A stretch of 58,311 bases of DNA from Acidimicrobiales bacterium. GTDB lineage: Bacteria > Actinomycetota > Acidimicrobiia > Acidimicrobiales > SHLQ01. The notes under the pieces were generated by a model. The model worked only from the letters and a program-made list of their open reading frames with translations. It did not search any database and was not told the origin of the DNA. Location: contig JBPCTQ010000065.1 in NCBI GenBank assembly GCA_051011595.1, positions 1-58,311 of the forward strand. Direction: 5' to 3'. Positions within the stretch are counted from its first letter, which is position 1, and each line of letters opens with the position of its first letter. A program made the position numbers and the translations under genes. Positions 46,188 to 55,045 of the stretch are shown in pieces.

Positions 46188-47759
46188 TCAGAGGGCGAAC
46201 AGGTTGCTGCAACCGTCGCCCGACCACATCGACTCGATGATGTCATCGTCGGCGCCACCGGAAGTGATGCCCACGATGGTGCCGCCCGGTTCGTTGATCA
46301 CCAGGATGAAGTTGTCGAGACCGCCACCGGCAGGCTCGAGGCTGACGTCGTCGTAGGCCGAACCGACGTCGGCCACGGTCGAGCCCACTCCGATACCGGC
46401 GCCGGTCACGTACTCGAGGTCCTCACCCAGCGACGACCACACGTTCCACTGCCCCACCGATTGGGTGGCGTCGTCGAGCAGCACCAGCTGGAGTGTGCCC
46501 CAGGTGACCAGGCGGACCTCGGGTGTGGCGCAGGCCTCTCGGGCAATGAAGCCCGAGTCGTCATCGGGATCACCCAGGGCCAGGATCAGGGTGGACACGG
46601 CAAAGGCGCCGTCGGCCCCGATGGCGATCGATGTGGCCACTCCATCGGGATCGATGATGATCTCACCCGGCTCGACCACGACCTCTACGGGCGGCGCCTC
46701 CGTGGTGGTCGTCGGCGCAATGGTCGTGGTGGTGGTTGTTGTTGTCGTGGTTGTCGTGGTGGTGCTGGTAGTGGTGGTCGACGTGGTGCTGGTGGTCGTC
46801 GGCGCAATGGTTGTTGTCGTGGTCGACGCCGAGGTGGTGGTGGCCAGCACCGACGAGGTCGTCGGCACCGACGTGGTGGAGGTCGACGTGCGCACGTCGT
46901 CACCCCCATCGCCGTCGTTGAGCAACACCACGATCAGCGCCAACAGGAGCACCAGGGCAAACACACCGAGGCCGACGGCCCACCGAAGTCCCCGATTGTC
47001 GTCGCCGGGCGGCGGCGGCGGCTCAGTGGGCGGCGGGCCCGCCGGCGGGGGTGGCGGCGGCACTGTGGGCATCGCCTGGGTGGAGGGCGGCGGCGTGGCG
47101 ACCGGTTCGTCGAACACCGACCGCGGGCCGTCGGACGGATACTCCGGTGTCGAGGGGATGGGGGTGTCGGGCAGTGGCCCGGCGATGTCTTCCAGGGTGA
47201 TGAGGGAGGGCACCGCGTCGGCGACCGGTATGGCCGTCGTGCTGTCGAGGGCCACCGCGCTGGCGGCCATGATGGCGGCGCCGTACCCCACTGCTCGGAC
47301 CGGACGGTCCGAGCGCCCGCTCACGTCTCGGTAGGCGTCGGCCGCCGCACCCGCGGACACGCGCTCGAACGATCGCAGGCCGGCCTGGCGGGCAGCCTCG
47401 CTCAGCGCTCGGGTCTTGGCTGCCGGCCAGTCGTCGGGGTGGGCGAGCATCACCAGCTCGGGAGCCGCTCCCCGACTCTCGACAACCGACGACTGCACCG
47501 CGGCGAGCAGGGCCGCCATGGCTGCGATCGCCTCGTCGGACGTTCCCAGTCCACCCGCCGGATCAGGGTCGAAGCGGCCCGCCCCACCGGTGGCGGCCAC
47601 CGCATCGTCGCCGACCGAGACCACTCCGTCGTCGCCGTGGTGCACCGCCGCCAACAGCCCCTCGCCGTCGTGTAACCGGACCCACGACACGCGACCGTCC
47701 TCGACCACCGCGGCCCGGAGGCGCTCCTGTCCGACCTCGATGGCCAACCGGTACGTCAT
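46188..47759 (-). CDS. Hsp70/actin-fold-like N-domain, Pro-rich segment, TM helix, poly-Thr/Ser linker and unknown extracytoplasmic C-domain
   Basis: ORF track 523 aa. YRLAIEVGQERLRAAVV start. PPPPPPAGPPPTEPPPPPGDD. WAVGLGVFALVLLLALIVVLL. About 65 aa are almost pure Thr/Ser. Confidence 0.7.
   Translation of the reverse strand: MTYRLAIEVGQERLRAAVVEDGRVSWVRLHDGEGLLAAVHHGDDGVVSVGDDAVAATGGAGRFDPDPAGGLGTSDEAIAAMAALLAAVQSSVVESRGAAPELVMLAHPDDWPAAKTRALSEAARQAGLRSFERVSAGAAADAYRDVSGRSDRPVRAVGYGAAIMAASAVALDSTTAIPVADAVPSLITLEDIAGPLPDTPIPSTPEYPSDGPRSVFDEPVATPPPSTQAMPTVPPPPPPAGPPPTEPPPPPGDDNRGLRWAVGLGVFALVLLLALIVVLLNDGDGGDDVRTSTSTTSVPTTSSVLATTTSASTTTTTIAPTTTSTTSTTTTSTTTTTTTTTTTTTTIAPTTTTEAPPVEVVVEPGEIIIDPDGVATSIAIGADGAFAVSTLILALGDPDDDSGFIAREACATPEVRLVTWGTLQLVLLDDATQSVGQWNVWSSLGEDLEYVTGAGIGVGSTVADVGSAYDDVSLEPAGGGLDNFILVINEPGGTIVGITSGGADDDIIESMWSGDGCSNLFAL
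46697..46895 (-). repeat. low-complexity ACC/ACG(Thr)-rich coding repeat
   Basis: GGTGGTCGTCGGCGCAATGGT occurs twice (46704-46724 and 46801-46821) within runs of GGT/GTC/GTG triplets on the plus strand. Confidence 0.8.
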
Positions 47760-47808
47760 GGCGCGAGCCTAGGCTCGGCTCACGTCGGGCTCGTGGCACC
47801 GTCGCCGC

Positions 47809-49224
47809 TCAGGATGAGGTGCGAGCGGCGTCAGGATCGTGGTCGAATCCGGGTGGAAAGGTCCGGGCCAGCTGTTCGGGCGTGGGGTCGACGGATTTAC
47901 CGGCCTCGGGCACCAGGCGGGAGATGGCGGTCATCACCCGTTCGACGTCGGACGCCTCGGCCGACTCCGAACGTTCGAGACCCGGCACCGATTCGCCCAC
48001 CCGCACGAACACCTCGGGCGGATCGAGCACGTTCCACACCGCCGGGAACCGAGCCGACCGAGGCCACACCCGGTCGGTTCCCCACAGTCCGACGGGGATG
48101 ACGGGGGCACCGGTCATGCGAGCCAGGCGGGCCACACCGGGGCGACCCTTCAGCACCGGATCGAAGAAGGCCTGGCCCCGGGGAATGGTGCCCTGGGGCA
48201 TCATCACCACCAGCTCACCCGCCTCGAGCGCGTTGGCGGCCGCCTCGAGCGGTTCGTCCGATCCCGACCCCCGGTCGACCACGATGCCGCCCATGGCCCG
48301 GGCCACGCTGCCGATGATGGGGGCGTCGAACACCTCCTTCTTGCCCAGGAACCGCGCCGGCCGACCGGCCCGACCCAGGGCGAGGGCCATGGCCACGGTG
48401 TCGAAGTAGCTGCGGTGGTTGCCGACCACGATCGCGGGTCCTGACGGGGGGATGTGGTCGGTGCCGGCGATGCGGAACTGGGCGTAGGCGAACAACTCCG
48501 GGCGAGTGACCGCCATGAGCGCCCGCTGGGGCTCGACGCCACCGACCTTGGGCACCCCGGGGGGAACGTCGAAGTACACCGTGGGCCATCCCCGCAGCAG
48601 GGCCACAAACCGCATTCGCGGGTCAGGATTGACCACCACGGGATCACCCACGGCTCCCAACAGCGGCTGGTCGTAGTACGAGTCGCTGTAGGCGTGACTG
48701 GCGGCCAGATCGACGTCGTTGGCCGCCGCCCAGTCCTCGACCGCCGCCAGCTTGCCTCGGCCCCAGACGAAGTGGCCGTCGACGGTGCCGTCGTAGTGGC
48801 CGTCGGAGACCCCGTAACGGGTGGCGATCACGTCGTCGAGCCCGAGGGCCTCACCCAGAGGTGCCGCCACGTCGTACGGCGTGGTGGTGGCCATCACCAC
48901 GGGCCGGCCTGCGGCGCGGTGTTCGGCCATCAGCTGCAGGGCGAACGGCTGCACCCGGGGCACCAACCGGGTGGCGGCATCGTGGCCGGCCGCTCGGACC
49001 GCTTCGACCTCCCACCCTTCGGAGAACTTGACACCCTGGCGGGCCAGCATCATCGACGGTCGGGTCTCACCGATCAGGTCGAACAGCCCGAACACCAGAC
49101 CTTCGCCGGGCACCTTGTTGGCGCTCAGCACACCGGCCGATCGCAGGGCGTCGGAGATGATCGGACCCGACGCCCCGGGCAACAACGTGCGGTCGAGATC
49201 GAAGAAGGCAGCTCCGCGGGCCAT
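47809..49224 (-). CDS. HAD-IB (SerB-like) phosphatase domain fused to a PlsC-type acyltransferase
   Basis: ORF track 47809..49323, trimmed to ATG 49224 (MARGAAFFDLDRTLL, canonical DxD). The longer reading would translate a perfect hairpin. YSDSYYDQPLL; acyltransferase HX4D GNHRSYFD, MPQGTIPRG. Confidence 0.85.
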   Translation of the reverse strand: MARGAAFFDLDRTLLPGASGPIISDALRSAGVLSANKVPGEGLVFGLFDLIGETRPSMMLARQGVKFSEGWEVEAVRAAGHDAATRLVPRVQPFALQLMAEHRAAGRPVVMATTTPYDVAAPLGEALGLDDVIATRYGVSDGHYDGTVDGHFVWGRGKLAAVEDWAAANDVDLAASHAYSDSYYDQPLLGAVGDPVVVNPDPRMRFVALLRGWPTVYFDVPPGVPKVGGVEPQRALMAVTRPELFAYAQFRIAGTDHIPPSGPAIVVGNHRSYFDTVAMALALGRAGRPARFLGKKEVFDAPIIGSVARAMGGIVVDRGSGSDEPLEAAANALEAGELVVMMPQGTIPRGQAFFDPVLKGRPGVARLARMTGAPVIPVGLWGTDRVWPRSARFPAVWNVLDPPEVFVRVGESVPGLERSESAEASDVERVMTAISRLVPEAGKSVDPTPEQLARTFPPGFDHDPDAARTSS

Positions 49225-49285
49225 GTCCGGCACCGTACTCAACCAACACCGGCCGCGGGGAGCGGGGCGACCGGATCCCGAACGC

Positions 49286-49390
49286 GAAACGAGACCGGTG
49301 GGGGAACCGGTCTCGTTTCTCATCGACCTCGACTGATTGGGGGAACCAGGAGGGTCGGACTCCGAACGGATCCGGGGGAAGATCCGTTCG
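49286..49390 (-). ncRNA. three tandem stem-loops each presenting a UUCCCCC loop: 6C-like sRNA or structured 5' leader of the HAD-PlsC gene
   Basis: - Hairpin A (49390-49363): perfect 10-bp stem, loop UUCCCCCG.
- Hairpin B (49357-49324): imperfect stem, loop GUUCCCCCAAU.
- Hairpin C (49319-49286): perfect 13-bp stem, loop UUCCCCCA.

The strand is assigned from the upstream minus-strand promoter and the C-rich loops, and is not proven. Confidence 0.45.
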
Positions 49391-49403
49391 TGTTCTGAGA
49401 CTC

Positions 49404-49433
49404 AGTATGCCCGGCCGACACACATCTGTCCAA
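49404..49433 (-). promoter_or_regulatory. candidate SigA-type promoter (TTGGAC-18 nt-CATACT)
   Basis: -35 at 49433-49428 and -10 at 49409-49404 on the minus strand. This places a TSS about 6 nt before hairpin A. Confidence 0.35.
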
Positions 49434-49467
49434 CAGTTACCATCGATATCTGATATCTTTCCTAGAG

Positions 49468-50385
49468 ATGGATCTCCGCCAACTCCGTGCACTGTTGGCC
49501 GTGGCCGAACACCAGAGCTTCTCGGCTGCAGCCCGCGCCCTGCACACCGTGCAATCCAACATCTCCACCCATGTCGCTCGCCTCGAGCGAGAACTGGGCA
49601 CCACCCTCATCGACCGTTCGTCAGGGGAGCTCACCGCCGAAGGAGCCATGGTGGTCGACCGGGCCCGGCGGGTGCTCAGCGAGATGGTGGCCATCGAAGC
49701 CGACGTGGCCGCGCTCCGCGACGACATCCGGGGTGAGGTCAGGCTGGGAATGATCGGCACCACCGGTCGGTGGTTGCTGCCCCTCCTGCTCGACGAATTG
49801 AGTGAGGCGTTCCCCAACATTCGACTGATTGTCACCGACGCCACCACCACCTCGCTGATGCCGCAACTGCTGGCCGACCAGCTCGACGGTGCCGTCGTAC
49901 AGCTGCCTATCCGGGACCCCGACGTCGCCAGCGAGCGGTTCTTCGACGAGGAGCGCATCGTGGTGGCCCCCGCCGATCACCCGCTGGCCACCAAGGCCCG
50001 CATCAGCTTCACCGAGCTGGCCGAACATCCGGTGTTGCTGCCGCCCAAAGGCAACGCTTTTCGCGATGCGGTCGACCGCGAGACCAATGCCGAGCTCACG
50101 CCGCTGGCCGAGATCGACGGCATGCGACTGCTGGCGTCGCTGGCGTTCCAGGGTTTCGGTCCGGCGCTCGTGCCCGCCAGCGCCACGCCGGTGTGGTTGG
50201 CCGGCGACTACCGCCGGGTTCGCATCGATGGTCTCAGTCGCCGCGAAGTGGGCTACATCAGCCGCCGCCGCACCACCCCGTCGGCACCGGCTCGGGCTGT
50301 CCACGACACCCTGCGCTCGGTGATCCGACGCGAGGTCGCCCACCAGGACGGCCTGCACCTGGCGGCCGAGCTGGATTCGGCCTGA
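49468..50385 (+). CDS. LysR-family transcriptional regulator
   Basis: ORF track 305 aa. MDLRQLRALLAVAEHQSFSAAARALHTVQSNISTHVARLERELG. GATATC-T-GATATC and a TATCTT -10-like hexamer lie 8 nt before the ATG, so the mRNA is possibly leaderless. Confidence 0.9.
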   Translation: MDLRQLRALLAVAEHQSFSAAARALHTVQSNISTHVARLERELGTTLIDRSSGELTAEGAMVVDRARRVLSEMVAIEADVAALRDDIRGEVRLGMIGTTGRWLLPLLLDELSEAFPNIRLIVTDATTTSLMPQLLADQLDGAVVQLPIRDPDVASERFFDEERIVVAPADHPLATKARISFTELAEHPVLLPPKGNAFRDAVDRETNAELTPLAEIDGMRLLASLAFQGFGPALVPASATPVWLAGDYRRVRIDGLSRREVGYISRRRTTPSAPARAVHDTLRSVIRREVAHQDGLHLAAELDSA

Positions 50386-50413
50386 CACCGAGCTCGTCTC
50401 GGCGTGAGACAGC

Positions 50414-51121
50414 TCAGACCCGCCTCGCCACCCCGAGGGCCAGCTCGATCATGGAGTCGAAACCCGACGCTCGTTGTTCGGTGGTGAGCCGCTCGGGGTG
50501 ACCAATGCGATCACTCACCGTCAAGAGGGTGAGGGCCCGAGCTCCTTCGGCGGCCGCCACCGCATAGAGGGCGGCCGCCTCCATCTCCACGGCAACCATG
50601 CCGTTGGCCACCAGCTTGTCCATCAGCGCGTCGTCGTCGCCATAGAACACGTCGCTGCTGAACACCGGGGCCACCCGCGCGTCGAGACCCAGCTCGTCGG
50701 CCGCATCGACCGCGGCCCGGGTGAGACCGAAGTCGGCCACGGCCGGAAGATCGTGGCCCCCGAGGCGGTCTCGATTCATGGCCGAATCGGTGCCGGCCGC
50801 GTGGGCGATGATCAAGTCACCCAGCGCCATGTCGCCCAGGCCGCCACACGAACCGACCCGGATCAAGATCTCGCAGCCGAAGAAGCGGATCAGCTCGGTG
50901 GCATAGATGCTGACCGAGGGCATACCCATCCCGTGGGTCATCACCGACACCGGCTTTCCGTCGGCCGTGCCGGTGTAGCCGTAGGCGTTGCGGACATCGG
51001 TCACCAAACGGGCGTCGTCGAGGTGCTGTTCGGCGATGAACCGGGCCCGCAGCGGGTCGCCGGGCATGAGGACAATCGGCGCGAACTCGTCGGGATCGGC
51101 GGCGATGTGAGGGGTGGTCAT
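50414..51121 (-). CDS. deoD: purine nucleoside phosphorylase, DeoD (hexameric) type
   Basis: ORF track 235 aa. VLMPGDPLRA, THGMGMPSVSIYATEL, RVGSCGG, VEMEAAALY. Confidence 0.9.
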   Translation of the reverse strand: MTTPHIAADPDEFAPIVLMPGDPLRARFIAEQHLDDARLVTDVRNAYGYTGTADGKPVSVMTHGMGMPSVSIYATELIRFFGCEILIRVGSCGGLGDMALGDLIIAHAAGTDSAMNRDRLGGHDLPAVADFGLTRAAVDAADELGLDARVAPVFSSDVFYGDDDALMDKLVANGMVAVEMEAAALYAVAAAEGARALTLLTVSDRIGHPERLTTEQRASGFDSMIELALGVARRV

Positions 51122-51176
51122 GGCTACTCCCGAGTAATGGGCGGTGGTGGAACCGACCGGGATAGCTTCTCACCCA

Positions 51177-52541
51177 ATGACCGTGACCGACGCCTCCAGC
51201 GCCTCGTTGCCGCTGCGGGCGTCGACACCGGGGTCGACCACCATCACCGTCGGCGTCCGGGGGGCCGGGCCGGTGGTCACGGTCGTCCTCGATCCCGACG
51301 ACCCGAGGCGCGACCTGCTCGCCGTCGACGGCGCCGACCTGGCCGCGGCCGCCCACCACGCCCTCGAACGCCGGGTACCGCTGGTGATCGAGATCACCAC
51401 GGCCGGTGCATCGGCCGACGAAGGGGTCGCCGCCCTCGACGGGTGGGGACGGGCGGCCCAGGCCTTCGTGGCGTGTTCGGGGGTGGTGCCCATCCTCATG
51501 GTGGTGACGGGGCCCACAACGGCCGGGGTGTCGTTGTTGACGGGCCTAGCCGACGTGGTGGTCATGACCGCCGATGCCTACGCCTTCGTGTCCGGCCCCC
51601 AGATGGTGGCCGAGTTCACGGGTATCACCATCGGCAACGCCGACCTGGGAGGCGCCGCCGTGCACGCCCGCACCAGCGGCCTGGCCCATCTGGTGGCGGC
51701 CGACATCACCGAAGCACGCGCCATGATCGACGACGTGTTGACCCTGCTCCCGGCCAACACCGATGAGGAGCCGCCCCACATCGGCGGCGACGATCCCATC
51801 GACCGGCCCACGGCCGATGCCCCCGGCTTCCTGCCCGACACCGCATCGGGCAGCTACGACGTGCGAACGGTGATCGCCGACGTGGTCGACGACGGTGACC
51901 TGCTCGAGCTGCGAGCAAGCTGGGCGGCCAACCTGGTCACCGCCCTGGCGGTGATCGGCGGCCGGCCCGTGGGCATCGTGGCCAACCAGCCCCAGACGGT
52001 GGCCGGCACCCTCGACATCGCGGCCAGTCAGAAGGGGGGCCGGTTCGTCGCCTTCTGTGATGCCTTCAACCTGCCCATCGTCACCTTCGTCGACACGTCC
52101 GGTTTCTACCCGGGCAAAGACCTCGAATGGCGGGGCATGATCCGGTACGGCGCCCAGCTGGCGTTCGCCTATGCCCGGGCAACCGTGCCCCGGGTGAGTG
52201 TCACCCTGCGCAAGAGTTACGGCGGTGCCTACATCGTGATGGACTCCAAGTACATGGGCAACGACCTGGCCCTGGCCTGGCCCAGCGCCGAGATCGCGGT
52301 GATGGGAGCCAAGGGTGCGGTCGAGATCCTCCACCGCCGAGCCGACGAGAGCGAACGGGAGGCCCTGATCGACGCCTACGAGGAACGCCTGCTCAACCCC
52401 TACATCGCCGCCGAACGAGGATCGATCGACCAGGTGATCGACCCCTACGACACCCGCCGCCAGGTGGGCGCGGCGCTCGACGTGTTGGCCACCAAACGTG
52501 AACGGCTCCCCCACCGTCGCCACGACAACCTGCCGCTGTAG
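51177..52541 (+). CDS. acyl-CoA carboxylase carboxyltransferase (beta subunit, AccD/PccB family), divergent N-terminal half
   Basis: ORF track 51144..52541, trimmed to ATG 51177. The C-half is canonical (GIVANQP, LPIVTFVDTSGFYPG, RKSYGGAYIVM, ERGSIDQVIDP). The N-half motifs are degenerate (AGASADEG in place of GGARIQEG). Confidence 0.8.
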   Translation: MTVTDASSASLPLRASTPGSTTITVGVRGAGPVVTVVLDPDDPRRDLLAVDGADLAAAAHHALERRVPLVIEITTAGASADEGVAALDGWGRAAQAFVACSGVVPILMVVTGPTTAGVSLLTGLADVVVMTADAYAFVSGPQMVAEFTGITIGNADLGGAAVHARTSGLAHLVAADITEARAMIDDVLTLLPANTDEEPPHIGGDDPIDRPTADAPGFLPDTASGSYDVRTVIADVVDDGDLLELRASWAANLVTALAVIGGRPVGIVANQPQTVAGTLDIAASQKGGRFVAFCDAFNLPIVTFVDTSGFYPGKDLEWRGMIRYGAQLAFAYARATVPRVSVTLRKSYGGAYIVMDSKYMGNDLALAWPSAEIAVMGAKGAVEILHRRADESEREALIDAYEERLLNPYIAAERGSIDQVIDPYDTRRQVGAALDVLATKRERLPHRRHDNLPL

Positions 52542-52666
52542 GCGGGGGCGGCGGCTCGGCGAGGGGCTGGGTGTGAGAAGCATCGCCGCTCGGGGCTACC
52601 ATCCCCCTGCGGCCACCAGATGGCCCTCCGACCAATCGCGGCCCCCGGGGCCCAGAAAGACCGAGC

Positions 52667-53935
<1,269 letters not shown>

Positions 53936-53944
53936 ACCCGCGGT

Positions 53945-55045
53945 TCAGTTTCGTAGCAGCCGGGTGAGGTCGCGACCTGCTCGCTCGAAACGTGGTCCCG
54001 AGAAGCGGCCGCTGAACGAGATCGCCACCTGATCGGCGTCGTCGACCAGCGCGTCGAGATCAACGCGGCGCTGGTGTTGCCAGCGCAGGATGACCACATC
54101 CTCGAACCACGGCGCCAGCAGCGAGGCCGAGTTGTACAGGTGGGAATCGGTGAGGATCAACGTCTTGCCTTCGATCACCGGGTCGGCGCCTTCGGTGATG
54201 TGGCGATTGACCAGCCCGGGCACCAGCGGTTCGGTTCGGGTGGTGGCACGCGGCCGTTGGATCACGTAGTTCGGACTCTGATCGGGCATGTCGACTCCGA
54301 CCTGGGCGGCCAGGTCACCGCCGTCGGTGACATTCACACCGGCCACCACCGCAGCGTCGGGATCGAACACCCCCGGTTCCAGCCACTCGATGAGGTGGGG
54401 CAGGATCACCACCCGTCCCGGGTCGTTCCAGTGGGTGTCGGTTCGCCAGTACAGCGGATCAGGTGAGGCCGCCACCTCGGTCTGCACGTGTGACCAGAGA
54501 TCGAAGTAGTGGTCGGTGGTGACGAGCTCGTCGCGCAGCTCGGTGAGGCGCCGGTCGGCACACTCCTCATCGGGTACCGCTGCCGGGAGCCGTTCGGGGT
54601 AGGCCCAGCCCTTCTCGGGCACGATCATGGTGGTGAGCGACGCGTCGTGTTGCCCGAGGTTGGCCTCGAGACGGCGGAGTTGGCGGGTGACATCGTCGAC
54701 CTCGGGCCAGTCCGGCTCACACACCATCGTGAAGGCGGCGGCCGTGAACAGCCAACCGTCGTCGCCCAGTAACACGTTCGGGTTGGGGCTGTCGTCGAAC
54801 AGGTCGATCGCCACCCGGGCGTCGGCTTCCACCGCCAGTTCCCGTACCGACAGCCGGTCCTCGAGGTAGGCGTCGACCCCTTCGGGCACATCGCCGTACA
54901 ACAGCCCGTCGATGTCGATCGTGGGAAACGAAGTCAGCTCGCGGTTGTCGACCGTCTGGCGACGCACGAGGAGGGTGGCCACGGCCGGCACAACCAACAA
55001 CACCGCGAACCAGACACACACGAGGACGCGGGTTCGATGGGTCAT
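53945..55045 (-). CDS. AlgX/AlgJ-like (DHHW-motif SGNH-like) protein, partner of the MBOAT acyltransferase
   Basis: C-terminal 366 aa of ORF track 53945..55492. The ATG at 55045 overlaps the MBOAT TGA by 1 nt. N-terminal TM helix. YWRTDTHWN motif. Confidence 0.65.
   Translation of the reverse strand: MTHRTRVLVCVWFAVLLVVPAVATLLVRRQTVDNRELTSFPTIDIDGLLYGDVPEGVDAYLEDRLSVRELAVEADARVAIDLFDDSPNPNVLLGDDGWLFTAAAFTMVCEPDWPEVDDVTRQLRRLEANLGQHDASLTTMIVPEKGWAYPERLPAAVPDEECADRRLTELRDELVTTDHYFDLWSHVQTEVAASPDPLYWRTDTHWNDPGRVVILPHLIEWLEPGVFDPDAAVVAGVNVTDGGDLAAQVGVDMPDQSPNYVIQRPRATTRTEPLVPGLVNRHITEGADPVIEGKTLILTDSHLYNSASLLAPWFEDVVILRWQHQRRVDLDALVDDADQVAISFSGRFSGPRFERAGRDLTRLLRN

Noticed and set aside
46697-46895. 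The repetitive GGT/GTC/GTG tract was considered as a possible CRISPR or VNTR locus.
   Set aside because: It lies inside a continuous ORF and encodes a poly-Thr/Ser linker. There is no repeat-spacer organisation.
49225-49323. Longer start (ATG 49323) for the HAD-PlsC gene.
   Set aside because: It would translate a perfect 13-bp-stem hairpin (RNETGSPTGLVS). The HAD motif I FFDLD sits right after ATG 49224, as is usual for this family.
49286-49405. Reading the three hairpins on the plus strand as GGA-loop (CsrA/RsmE-titrating, CsrB-like) RNA ending in a terminator-like UGUUCUG. Also the CTGAGACTCAG palindrome at 49395-49405.
   Set aside because: This is not excluded, but I found no plus-strand promoter, and CsrA is not expected in an actinobacterial-type genome. 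The minus-strand promoter and C-rich loops give a more coherent model. The strand remains to be tested.
52641-52660. GGCCCCCGGGGCCC near-palindrome upstream of gltA, and a CCGC/GCGG mini-stem downstream of the TetR gene near 36850.
   Set aside because: These are GC-rich self-complementary runs expected by chance at this base composition. They have no loop geometry compatible with a stable hairpin.
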